This document shows, in pieces, positions 27,876-41,226 of a DNA stretch of 64,000 nucleotides; position 1 is the stretch's first letter; every line of letters starts with the position of its first letter. This DNA comes from Eledone cirrhosa. Lineage: Eukaryota. The position numbers and the translations under genes are program-made. The stretch lies in the NCBI GenBank assembly GCA_964016885.1, contig OZ024760.1, forward strand, positions 62,001 through 126,000. The letters run 5' to 3'. The notes beneath the pieces are model-generated. The model made no database searches and was not told the DNA's origin. It saw nothing but the letters and a program-made list of their open reading frames with translations.

Positions 27876-28102
27876 CTCATCTATATTAAAACTTATATAT
27901 ATATATATATATTAAACGGAAAAAATGAAACGAAATTTCATTTCTCACTCTTAGTACGGCTGTCACTTAAATATAAGTATGTACACGTACATACATATAT
28001 GTATACAGACGTACAGTAGTATGTATATATATATACATACATGCACACATATATATATGTACGTATGGATTCACCGAACATTTATTATAATGGTTGGTGT
28101 AT

Positions 28103-28145
28103 ACGTTGCTGACGATAGCTAATAAGCTTGAAACTAGTACAGCGT
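28103..28145 (+). ncRNA. Minimal type I hammerhead ribozyme, tandem copy 1
   Basis: acgttg-CTGACGA-t-agct-aata-agct-t-GAAAC-ta-GTA-cagcgt: 6-bp stem I (one G:U), 4-bp stem II, palindromic stem III ACTAGT. Confidence 0.8.
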
Positions 28146-28524
28146 TCCTTTGTCAGTGTTGAACAAACGAGCAACGATGGTTGCTGGACACTACGGCTTA
28201 ATACGGGATGTTTGTTTACAAACACACCGAGCATTATAATAAATGTTCGGTGAATCCATACGTTCATATATATATGTGTGTGCATGTATGTATATATATA
28301 TACATACTACTGTACGTCTGTATACATATATGTATGTACGTGTACATACTTATATTTAAGTACCAGCCGTACTAAGAGTGGGAAATGAAATTTCGTTTCA
28401 TTTTTTCCGTTTATCGTTTTCGGTGCACCCGGCCGATTAACCCACTCGATATGCAAATTGGGCTACTCAGCCGTTAATATGCATAAGGTAAGTATATACG
28501 TTCAACAATCTGGCAGGAAGGTAT

Positions 28525-28567
28525 ACGTTGCTGATGATAGCTAATAAGCTTGAAACTAGTACAGCGT
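28525..28567 (+). ncRNA. Minimal type I hammerhead ribozyme, tandem copy 2
   Basis: Identical except core CTGATGA; 422 nt downstream of copy 1. Confidence 0.8.
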
Positions 28568-29444
28568 TCCTTTGTCAGTGTTGAACAAACGAGCAACGGT
28601 GGTTGCTGGACACTACAGCTTAATACGGGATGTTTGTTTACAAACACACCGAGCATTATAATAAATGTTCGGTGAATCCATATGTACATATATATATGTG
28701 TGCATGTATGTATATATATATACATACTACTGTACGTCTGTATACATATATGCATGTACGTGTACATACTTATATTTATATATATATATATACATGTAAA
28801 TATATATATATATGTAAATATATATATATATATATGTAAATATATATATAAATGTAAATATATATATGTATATATATATATATATATATGTAAATATATA
28901 TATATATGTAAATATATATATATATATATATGTAAATATATATATATATATGTAAATATATAAATATATATATATACACATATACATCCATATATATATA
29001 ATAGAAAAAAACGAGGAAGTTTCGTTTACATATGAAAAATATTGCGCATTGACCTGTCACTAGCGTACTTCCTGCACTATATATATATATGTCCAAAGGA
29101 AAGGCAATGGTTGATACCGCTTGGTACCAACATATACTATATACTCTCTTTCTATATACACTATATATAGTGTACATATGAAGTTGTCCAAGGGAAAGGC
29201 ACCAGCTTGGCACCAATGTCGTTGCAACTTATTTCTACAGCTAAGTAAACTGGAGCAACATAAAATAAAGTGTCTTGTTCAAAAACACAACACAACACAT
29301 CACTCAGTCTGGGAATTGAACTCACAAGCTCAAGATTGCAAGCCCAACACTCTAACCACTAAGCCATATGCTTTATACACACACACAGACACACATCTGC
29401 ATATGTAAGTTTTGTGCAGACTCAATTAGAAGACAAGCATATAA

Positions 29445-30037
29445 TCTATATATGAAAAGTCTGTGATTGCTTGCTTGTCTGTAATGTAATACAGCCAAAA
29501 GGGCACATAATGGGAAAATACTTTGAAAGGAAGTTGCCCCTGAAATGGGAATACAAATGGAATAAAACAAGTTTCGCGTAAATTGGAAGACGGGTTTCCA
29601 AGATATGAAGTTTTTCCGGCTACCTTCATCAACAAAGAGAAAGAAAGATAGAGAGGAAGAGATAGTGGTTGTGACAGAGTAGATTGAAAGAGACATAAAG
29701 AGAGGGAGAATAGAGACAGAGAAGGAGAGTGGAAGAGAGAGAGAGAGCTGGTGGTGTTGTTGTGTATATATATATATGAGTGTGTGTATATAGATCAGAC
29801 ACTCACATATATATATATACACACACACATACATATATATATGTATACAAACACACACATTTATACATATACATACACACACGTATATATACAAATATAT
29901 ATGGGCCTTCCAGTTTCATTTCACATTATTTACATGTCTGTGTATATTTTAATTATTTAAAAATTATTTTTAAGTGTACATGATTTTAAAAAAATATTTT
30001 GAACTGAACGTGACCCAATGGGTCACGGGTGGTCTAG
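29445..30037 (+). mobile_element. Non-autonomous Helitron family 2, copy 1
   Basis: A|TC start, hairpin cgtgacccaatgggtcacg, CTAG|T end; homologous to 57418-58033. Confidence 0.85.
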
Positions 30038-30254
30038 TAGATATTAAAATTAAAATCAAGGATACATACCAGTTGTTTCAGGAGATATCACTGAAAAATA
30101 GAAAAAGAAAAGAGATTAGATCTCATCATCAGCAACTTCCTCATCCTCATCATCATATTTCTCAACAGATTCATACAAGTTCTTATTTTTTGTCTCTAAA
30201 ACAATTCGGACGTAATCCATTGAGGAAATCCTTTAAGTTCAACGACAATAAAAA

Positions 30255-30660
30255 TAATTGTTTCTATTTTAGGCACAAGGCCAGCAATTACCCCAGTGCA
30301 TTACTGGTGCTTATTTTATCGACCCCGTAAAGATGAAAGGCAAAGTTAACCTTGGCGGGATTTGAACTCAGACAGTAAAGGGGCGTAACTCTATGCTACA
30401 AAGCACGGCGTCCGACCCTCTTCCAATACTGCCAATCCACTGCCCTTAAAATAAACCACAATAAAAATAATTGTTTCTATTTTTGGTACAAGGCCAGCAA
30501 TTATCGCAGTGTATTACTGGTCCTTTATTTTGTTGACCCCGTAAGGATGAAAGGCAACGTTAACTTCGGTGGGATTTGAACACAGACCGTAAAGGGGCAT
30601 AACTCTATGCTACAAAGCATGGCGTCCGACCCTTTACCAATACTACCAATCCACTGCCCT
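30255..30660 (-). mobile_element. Tandem pair of SINE family A
   Basis: Two head-to-tail copies, 30255-30446 and 30470-30660. Confidence 0.9.
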
Positions 30661-32198
30661 TAAAATAAACAACAAAAAAATAATAAATCAGGGTTTCCTC
30701 CTCAGTGGATCTCATCAGCATTAGTGTGTGGTTAAAACTTTGTTTTCTATTATTCTTTATTCTTTTATTGGTTTCAGTCATTAGTCCTTATTATCCACCT
30801 CCTCCATCTGTATACACCAATCATTGGGCTGATGGTGTCTTATGCTTCAGAGACATAAAGACCACCAAAGTTGTGTTTCTATATTAGGACTGACCACTAG
30901 CCATAGTAAGAATTTCTTGGCATGACCCCAATAAAGAATGGAGGTGTCCTGGAAAAGACCTGGTTAAGTAATCTACAGAATATTCCTACTATAAGATGAC
31001 AGACGATGCTTGACCCATGGGCTACACGTGACCATGAAGGGACTAGTGAGAGCAATTGACAAGCTCTCAGACCTGGGAGTGGGGTGGAACTCATCAAATT
31101 GGACCAAGGGAACAATATTTCCACTGGTCTTTCCAATGCTGATATTATCTACCAGTCACAACTCCTGGCAGAAAGAGCAGCATGAAATAAAATGTCTTGC
31201 TCAAGGTTATAACATGTCACCAGGTCCAGGAATCGAACTTTCAACCTCATGTTTGCGAATCAACGTAACTATGCTGAAAAGCATGGCGCCCAACCCTCTA
31301 CTGATACTGCCAATCCACCGCCTCAAAATAAATAATATCAAAATCTCGTAGCTTTGATATTGTGTAAGATAATTATGTGAAATAAAGTGTTTACCATGAA
31401 AATACAGTAGTAAATATAGGATAATGTAAATGTTAAAGGGTTAAATGGGAGCCAGAAGAGGTGGGGTGCAATGGAGATAAAGCAGATCAGGCAAGATCTG
31501 GTTGATGACTGTGGAGAAGGACCTGGAAGACATAGGGCATTGTCTGGGTGAAGGTTCATGACCAGGCTTAACACTATGTTGGATGACAATCTCTCACAAC
31601 CTTGCAGAGTAGGTGGAATGAATGAATTAACTAAAGTCATACAATAACTTGTGTTATATACAAGACTACCTTTTTCTAATAATATGTGATGGGAAAATTA
31701 GGATAGTGAAATGGTAATAAGAGGGATGGGAGAAATAGAGAAGAAAGGGGTAAGAATCACTGATCTGTTATACTTTTCACACATAAATTAGATGGCTATG
31801 CGCCAGCTTTAGTTATCAGTGTAAATATTATTGCAAAAATAATATATAATACATAAATTTAATAAAGGCATCAAATAAGTATGTCTGTATATATATATAA
31901 ATGAAAAATGGCGAGCTGTGTTGTTGAAAATATGATATATATAATAAAGAATTAGAAATAGAAGCCAGGACTATCCAATACATATATATATTTATATATA
32001 TATATAAATATATATATATAAATATATGTATATATATATATATATTTCTATGTATATATATATATGATTATATATATGTATATATATGTTTATTTGTATA
32101 TACATATATATTTATATGTATATATATATATGTGTATATACATATATATATATATATATGTATATATTTATATGATGATGATGATATATATATATATG

Positions 32199-32262
<64 letters not shown>

Positions 32263-33046
32263 AATCCTGTCCATGACACAACATACATACACAATATATA
32301 TACATACATAACATATATATACATACACTACATACATATATACATACACATATACACACACATACATATAGACACACATACATATAGACACACACACATA
32401 TAGACACACACACATAGATACATAAATACAAACATACATAAGATCTGTGATATCTGGCTCCTTCAAAATGTGCAAAACATTCTTGCAATTCAAGTAAAGA
32501 CAATTTCTTTCCAAACCTTGCCACCAGGAAGGTGGCCACTCAAAAATGTACTCGAAATTAAGAGAACGAGAACATACATACATATATACATGGTGGCTGC
32601 AAACTCTGCTAAGAGTACTGCAATCGCTTGTCAGATTATAGAGTTTGGTGCACTTTTAGGCTACAGCCATTCACACAAACCTGTAACATATCCTGAACAA
32701 GCAATGCCTGTGCTTTGAAGGTTTTTAAGTGGGGAATGGCCTTGCACTTGACCAATCCCACTCTGAGCATTGAAAACACTACCCAAAAAGGAGAACTAGT
32801 CAACATCACCGGATGCTTACGAAGCCGCAGGTTTTTTTTCAGAGTTTTCCTCTCCTAGAAAGGTGTTGTGACAACAACTAGGGGCCTTTCACTCCCAGGT
32901 GAAAAAAAAAAAAAAAAAAGTACTATGTGGATGGCCATTGACTCTGTTGAATTCCTCCGCCCTTTGCCAGGTCTTGTATTTCATCCCACAGGGTCTCCAA
33001 ATACCACCCTCCTCATCAAGCTTGCTTGGTGGGGTTGCCGGTTTAT

Positions 33047-33312
33047 AATAATAATAATGAAAATATTGTGTACAGTGCTCAGGTGCACTACAACTCATCA
33101 AAAGTGTATGTGTAGTACATAGGGTAATGTACAAACGTCTGGAAAATGAACAGTGCATGAGTCATGATATACACGTGTGAAAGTGTATGGAAGGGGGACA
33201 TCAGGTGTAGTTTTGGCGAATTTCGGGAAGCATGAGAGTTTTAAAGGATGCAGTGTCTCGGCAGCTAACAACTGACGCCGGCAGTTTGTTCCATACTTCA
33301 GCAACTCTAAGC
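33047..33312 (-). mobile_element. CR1-like LINE 3' end with (ATT)n tail
   Basis: Minus frame RVAEVWNKLPASVV...SFK. The same tail recurs at 18376-18450. Inserted in a dispersed repeat. Confidence 0.7.
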
Positions 33313-33413
33313 ATTTAGTTGCCAACGACCCAATCGTGAGACAAATTGTACTGGGTTACACGTTACCAGTAGCACTCGAGAGTGATATATATACATACAT
33401 ACATACAAGCACG

Positions 33414-33451
<38 letters not shown>

Positions 33452-33796
33452 ATATATATTTATCCTTATGGAGCCCTCTTTGGATTTTAGTCTTCAAATT
33501 TATTATTATTACTATACATATATATATGTCGAAAGAAATTGCTTTTAGTAATGAACATAATGAACCCTGATGCCTAATTCATAGAAATATTCTTGTTTCT
33601 TCTCTTTCCTGTTAAGAAAATATATCAAGGTGTGTCTTCGTGACATCCATTAACTTGGTGACGTAATTTACCATTCACCATTCAATAAACACTTACATCC
33701 TTACATATATTTCATTCTTTTCCTTATTCAAATCGCTCTCTCTTCCCTCTCTCTCTATAAATATTTTTATATGGATGTATGTACATTTGTATGTAT

Positions 33797-33853
<57 letters not shown>

Positions 33854-33961
33854 GTTATATAGTAAGGTGTATTATTGGTTGTGTCATACGGTCCAATAAA
33901 CTTTTGTTAGCAATATTAAGTTCTCCACGCTTTTGTATATCTCCAATTCTATTTATATATA

Positions 33962-34026
<65 letters not shown>

Positions 34027-34217
34027 ACGAACAAAATGTGGTAAGGAACCAGATGGACCATAACGCACCAAAGTACTCAATACTTAGGGTAGTAGAGTGG
34101 GTAATAGGAACAAGTATGACCCCGACAGCAGAGCTCAAGCCATTTCTACGGCTAATTCCGTAGTCCATAATTAGCCGTCGAAACGACTTGAGCTCTGCCG
34201 TCGGGGTCATACTTGTT

Positions 34218-34259
<42 letters not shown>

Positions 34260-34324
34260 ATATTATATATATATTATATATATATATATATTATATATAT
34301 ATATATTATATTATATATATATAT

Positions 34325-34356
<32 letters not shown>

Positions 34357-34475
34357 ATTATATTCCCCACCAACACCCCACTCTCCAGAGCGTGAAATTA
34401 ATAAACATTCGTTGTACTGCCTCTCTGTTTTGTTCCTGTTCAAATTTTTCCATTATATTATATATATATATATAT

Positions 34476-37298
34476 CGAATAATTAAGCTTAGATTAGTTG
34501 TAGGTAGGAGACTACTGACAATCATCTCGGTCTATGCTCCCCAAGCAGGCCTAGGCAAAGATGAGAAAGACTGCTTTTATGAGCAACTTTTGCAAACAAC
34601 CACAATGACAGAGGACGGAGACATCGTTATGCTAGCAGGAGACTTCAATGGTCATGTTGGACAGCTCCAGGATGGTTACACTGGGGTACATGGTGGGCAC
34701 GGTTACGGTTCAAGAAATGAAGAAGGAGTGAGACTTCTTGAATTTTGTGATGCAAGTACATTGACTATTTGCAACACAAACTTCCAGAAACCTGCCAATC
34801 ACCTAATAACCTACAAATCTGGTGAGCACATAAGCCAGATTGACTTCCTGCTAGTTAGGCAGCGGGACAGGCAGATAGTGTCTAATACCAAGGCATACCC
34901 TGGGGAAGAATGTACCCCACAGCATAGGTTAGTTGTTAGTGATATCTCAGTAAGCAAGAGATGGAATGAGACATATAGGAAGGTGTGGAGAAGAAAGGTC
35001 TGGAAGCTAAAAGACCTTTCACTAAAATTCAAATTTAGGAAAGCCCTTCAAGATGTATATGACGAAAAAGAAGACGATTTAGAGACGTATGACATAGATA
35101 ATAACTGGAAGTTCTTACGTGACAACTTGCTGAAGGCTACTGATGAAACCTGTGGCTGGAGCAGAGCTCCAACCAGACAGAGAGTGACCTGGTGGTGGAA
35201 CAGCAGTGTAGATAAGGCTATTAGAGACAAAAGACTAGCATGGAAGGCTTGGAATAAGGGTGGGAGTAGGGAAGAATATACAGCCACTAAGAGAGAAGCT
35301 AGACGTCAGGTGTACTTAGCACGCAGGGAGGCAGAGAGTAGGAGGTTTGCCAATGTTCTGCGACGGGAAGATCAGAGGCGTGCGGTGTTCCACATTGCAA
35401 GGCAGTGTGTCAATGCAAATCAGGATGTTGTTGGTGATAAATGTGTCCGGGATGATGCCGGTGTACTTAGTGTCACGAATGACCAGAAAAAGGAGGCCTG
35501 GAAATGTCATTATGAGAGACTGATGAATGTGGAGAACGAATGGGAGAGAGAGAAATTACCCTTGGTAGATCCGACAGAGGGACCAGCTATTGAGATTGAC
35601 GAATATAGGGTCCAAGAGGCGATTAGGGAAATGAAAAATGGTAAGGCGGCCGGACCATCGGGAATAGTTGCTGAGATGCTGAAGGCATCAGGGGACGTAG
35701 GCACTAAACTGGTTGCACGCATAATCAATCAGGCTATATATGGTGGTGTCATACCCAAAGACTGGTGCAGCAGTATTCTCATAAATTGCTACAAAGGTAA
35801 AGGGGATGCTTTGGAGAGGAGCAATTATAGGGGTATAAAACTGATAGATCAGGTTATGAAAGTGGCAGAAAGGATTCTAGCACAACTAATTAGAGAAAGG
35901 GTCAAACTAGATGAGATGCAGTTTGGTTTTGTGCCTGGGAAGAGTACAACAGATGCCCTCTTCTTGGTGAGACAAATGCAAGAGAGGTTCTTAGAGAAGA
36001 ATAAGCCACTATACTTAGCCTTTGTTGACCTAGAGAAGGCCTTTGATAGGGTACCCCGATCTGTCATCTGGTGGTCCCTAAGGAAGCTGGGTGTTGAGGA
36101 ATGGCTTGTAAGGACAGTGCAAACTTTGTACAGAGGTACTCTCAGTAAAGTCAGGGTAGGAATGGAGTTTAGTGAGGAATTCCAGATACAAGTAGGAGTA
36201 CATCAGGGTTCGGTCCTCAGCCCGCTCTTGTTCATTATAGTCCTCCAAGCCATAACAGAGGAGTTTAAGACTGGCTGTCCATGGGAACTTCTCTATGCTG
36301 ACGATCTGGCTCTTATGGCAGAATCAGTAGAGGAGCTAGAGAATAAATTCCGGCTATGGAAACAGCAGTTGGAAGCAAGAGGACTGAGAGTAAATCTAGC
36401 TAAGACAAAAGTGTTGATGAGTAGAAAAGAGGACAAAACCCTGATTCCGTCAGGGAAATGGCCATGTTCGATATGCAGAAAAGGAACTGGCATAAATTCT
36501 ATAAAATGCACACAATGTAGGTCCTGGGTACACAAGAGATGTAGCGGGATAGCAGGCAAACTAACAGGTAGGGAGAAATATGTATGCAGTAGATGTACAG
36601 GGAAATTAGACAGTAGAAGTCGCACTGATAGACACATTTTTCAAATGCGAGAGGGCGCTATAGAAGTGGTGGATAGCTTCCGGTACCTAGGAGATCAGAT
36701 TAGCATGGGAGGAGGGTGTTCCGAGGCCATAGTATCTAGAATAAGGACGGGTTGGAAGAAGTTTAGGGAGCTGCTTCCTCTGTTGACGAAGAAGGGTTTC
36801 TCCCTGCGTACGAAAGGCCGGTTGTATGATGCCTGTGTGAGGAGCGCGATGCTGCATGGTAGTGAGACATGGGCAGCTACCGCAGAAGATATGCGACGGC
36901 TGGAGAGAAATGAGGCAAGCATGCTCCGTTGGATGTGCAGTGTAAATGTGCGTGAACGACCCAGCATAAATGTGTTGAGAGAGAAACTGTGTCTGAGAGG
37001 GATAGAATGTAGTGTACGGGAGAGGAGACTGAGGTGGTATGGACATGTGATGCGCATGGAGGATGACCGATGGGTGAAGAAGTGCCAGGAAATGCCAGTT
37101 GAAGGAAGACGTGGTAGAGGTAGACCACGAAAAACATGGGCGGAGGTGGTGAGAACAGACCTCAGATCATTGAAGCTCACGGTGGAGATGACGAGGGACC
37201 GTGACGAGTGGAGAGATGCTGTGCTGAATAAGACCCGTCCCACCCTTGCAAGCAGGGAAAAGCGGACGTAAAATGATGATGATGATGATGATGATGAT
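34476..37298 (+). mobile_element. RTE-clade LINE family B, 5'-truncated, uninterrupted frame
   Basis: SVYAPQ/GDFNGHVG APE, RT with YADD (36294-36305), PHD-like finger; stop at 37271 directly followed by (atg)n; flanked by (TA)n. Confidence 0.95.
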
Positions 37299-39836
37299 AT
37301 ATATTATATATATAACAATTATATATATATATTATATATATATATTATATATATATATATATATTATATATATATATTATATATATATATTATATATATA
37401 TATATTATATATATATATATATTATATATATATATATATTATATATATATATTATATATATATATATTATATATATAAATCTTGATTCTACCCTATTGGA
37501 TCTAAAAAAATCTAAAAAAATCCATGTCCACTCTGACAAAACTGGAAATCTGTATCACATGGATATTGAAAATTACAATGAGTTCATATATAAAGAACTC
37601 AAGAAAAATTATAAAAAAACAAACAATGCGTCACTTACCAACATCAACAACAAAACACACAACATAGTGAATAGACTTAATTTTGAAGATAGAACTGAAC
37701 CTTTGGCACTGAAAAGACCACATTTCAACCTGAAAGATCATAAATCTAACTTTAACTCTAATCCTTCTATAAGGCTTATATGCCCTTCCAAATCTGATAT
37801 TGGAATCATTAGTAAAAAAATTTTAGATAGGGTCATCCCACAACTAAGAAAACATGTTAATTTACCACTCTGGGAAAACACATCCCAGGTAGTTAACTAG
37901 TTTAATAATATTAGAAATAAATCTTCTGCTTCATTTCTACAATTTGATATAGATAATTATTATTCCTCTATATCACCTATACTCCTGAACAAAGCCTTGA
38001 TATTTGCTAAAAATAGATCTAACTTAACTTTGGATGACATTAATATTATTACACATGCTAGACAAACACTATTGGAATTTCAAAATGAAAACTAGACCAG
38101 AAACACATATAGTAATCTATTCGATATTACTATGGGCTGAAGCGATTCTGCCCAAATTACTGATCTTGTGGGCCTCTTTCTTCTTTTTAACATAAATGCT
38201 TCCTTTCCCCACCTTAAAGGTGGTTTATACCGTGACGACTGTCTTCTTCTTTCCAATAACCTTAGCCTTTCAGAGATAGAAAAAAATAAAAAGCTTATTA
38301 GAACTTTCCTCAAAGACTATTATAGTCTAGATATTACATTTGAAAACACAAGTAAAGTAGTTAATTTGCTTGATATAACATTAGACTTATCTACGGGTAT
38401 CTACCAAAATTTACATTACATACACTCACAATCTAATCACCCTAAATCTATCCTTAAAAACCTTGCATATAATATCTCACTTAGAATCTCTAACCTTTCG
38501 TCTAACCAGGATGTATTTGATAAAAATGCGACCTTCTATAACGAAGCTTTAGCTAGAAGTGGCCACAAAAATAAATTAGTATATATACCTTGTACCAATA
38601 ACACTACAAACATAAAACCTAATATTACCAACAAACACCAAATGAAACATACACACCTAAATGCCACTCACACTATACCCCAAAATACCAACATAAAACC
38701 AAATTTCTCTAACTCTTCTAATATACAATATAGTAACTCTCAAAAAACTACTCATCCTACAACTCTAATAAATGTTAATAATAAAACTCCTAATAAACAA
38801 GCTAAAACACCTAAAAATGTGTGTGGTGAAATCATTAACAATAATTCTCTTAATAAACATCAGGATACATCTTATAAAAATAATAAACAACATCGAAACC
38901 GTAATAGACGAGTTACTTGGTATAATGCTCCATTTAATTTACAAATTAAGGATAATATACCTAAAAAATTTTTTAATATCCTAGAGAAGAACTTCCCGCC
39001 AAACCACAAATACCATCAAATTTTAAATAGATCAACGGTTAAATTCTCCTACTCAACAACCAAAAACATAAAACAAAATATAAGTGCCTACAATGCATAT
39101 AAATGTAAAAAAACCATGAGTATACCACCAGTACATCAAACTAACCATAATATCTCCTCTGATACAGGATTCACGAAAAGTTGTAACTGTAGAAACAAAG
39201 CAAACTGCCCATTAAAAGGAAATTGCCTTGTAAATAACATAGTATATAAATGTAAAGTTAACACTAAGGACTCAATTTATTCATATATAGGAGCTACCTC
39301 TAACCAATTTAAGGTAAGATTTAATACCCACAAACATAGTTTTAAAAATGCCGCATTACCTAATACAACATCTCTAGCTGAAATAATTAATAATTATAGA
39401 AAGAGGAATATAGATTATGACCTGACCTGGAGTGTGCTCAAAAGGGCCACCCCTTATCAAAATAATAGATATGAATGTAGATTATGTTCCCAAGAACTTT
39501 TTGAAATAATGAAATCTAAGGATATCCTATTAAATAAGCGACAGGAATTAATAATATCGTGTAATCATAAACTGAGAAAAACCTTTCAATATTATAAACC
39601 TAATTAATATACATTTTAGAAATTAATATAAAAACTATTTTTAATTTAGTTAACCTATAATTAATATTCTACTACATAATTTTACTTTCCTTTTTACAAC
39701 TATCTTTTCCTAAAATTGATACCATTAAGTATACATATATACTGTTTTAATTTCAGGTTATGATTCTATGTTCCTTGAAATCTCTATAGATTTATTATTT
39801 CTCACTAATAAATTTAACCCCCCCCCCCCCCCCCAA

Positions 39837-39871
<35 letters not shown>

Positions 39872-40594
39872 TTTTTATATTTTTTTAATTTCCCCTCGTC
39901 TTTAACAGCACTCTTCAATTACATCTAACTCTTATTTATCATATCTATATGCATTAATATAATTTTATCAATATAAATATACCTATCAATTTAATTAATT
40001 TATTTTATTTTCATAGATGTAAATTCCATATATATTTTTTTCACTAACACATTTATCGTAAAATTTTAGTCTCCTTAGATATTTACATTGGCATTATTCT
40101 TTTATAACAGCAACTATTCGTGTTACTTTTTACTGACCTGACCTATTTTCACCCCTAGAATAACCTTTTCATTCTTCATACTCCTTCCATTCAAAACTGA
40201 AATCTGCCTTCCTCTACCCCTAAATTAAACTTCAATTACTACTATTTTACCATTTGGCCAGTTATTACCTTTCTATTGGTTAATTCAAAACTGTTCCCAA
40301 ACAGACCTATTATATTAAATCTTTGTTGGTTTTATTCAATGAACAAATATAATTATTTCTGAAGACAGCATATGACCTATTTTCATCCCTAAAATAATCT
40401 TTCATTCATAATACTCTTTCCATCCAAAACTGAAATCTACCTTCCTCTACCCATAAATTAAGGTTCTTTTACTACTATTTTACCATCTTGACCTTCACTA
40501 TCTTTCTATTGGTCAATTCAAAACCTGTTCCCAAACAGACCTATTGTATTAAATCTTTGTTGGTTTTTTCAATAAACAAATATCATTATTTCTG

Positions 40595-40767
40595 GGGAGT
40601 ATCGGTAGAGGGTCGGACGCCATGCTTTCCAGCATAGTTACGTCCCTTTATGATCTGAGTTCAAATCCCGCCGAGGTTGACTTTGCCTTTCATCCTTACG
40701 GGGTCGATAAAATAAAGTACCAGTAATGCACTGGGTGATTGCTGGCCTTGTGCCTAAAGTAGAAACA
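40595..40767 (+). mobile_element. SINE family A inserted in the Penelope terminal repeat
   Basis: TSD attatttctg (40585-40594 and 40768-40777). Confidence 0.9.
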
Positions 40768-40770
40768 ATT

Positions 40771-40893
40771 ATTTCTGAAGACAGCATATATATGTGTAGG
40801 TATGTATATTCCCTCTGATAGTTTGTAAAAATTTTATATTATAGGATATGCATACCAACACTAACATATATATCCTAGAAACGATCGTAAAAT
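40771..40893 (+). ncRNA. Hammerhead in the Penelope 3' terminal repeat
   Basis: attt-CTGAAGA-cagcatatatatgt...acatatatatccta-GAAAC-gatc-GTA-aaat. Confidence 0.7.
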
Positions 40894-41065
40894 GAAGAAT
40901 TTTTTAATATAAGGAACTGTTTCTTTGTTTATTCATTATTTTATTAATTTATCTTGACTCCGTTAATTTTCACCGAAAAAATTTTTTGAATACATCTTCT
41001 CTTTTCATTGAGTTCTTCATACGGATTGGACACTACCGCACATTTTGGTAGATTTATCTACATAT

Positions 41066-41124
<59 letters not shown>

Positions 41125-41226
41125 ATTATATATATATATATTATATATATATATATATTATATATTTATATATATTATATATATATTATATATATATATA
41201 TATTATATATATATATATTATATATA

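Larger units (their letters stand above)
37480..41040 (+). mobile_element. Penelope-like element (RT + GIY-YIG endonuclease), degraded, with HHR-containing 3' terminal repeat region
   Basis: DKTGNLY, LKDHK, IRLICP, FDI, GLYRDD, LDITLDL, YIHSQSNHP, CNCR...CPL.G.C, IVY...YIG...FKVRF..H. Stops near 37900, 38095 and 38140; HHR at 40771-40893. Confidence 0.9.

Noticed and set aside
34188-34475. N-terminal ~95 aa of the 1027-aa ORF
   Set aside because: Read-through of palindrome and microsatellite upstream of a 5'-truncated RTE. The element lacks the first APE motifs, so it is not a complete autonomous copy.
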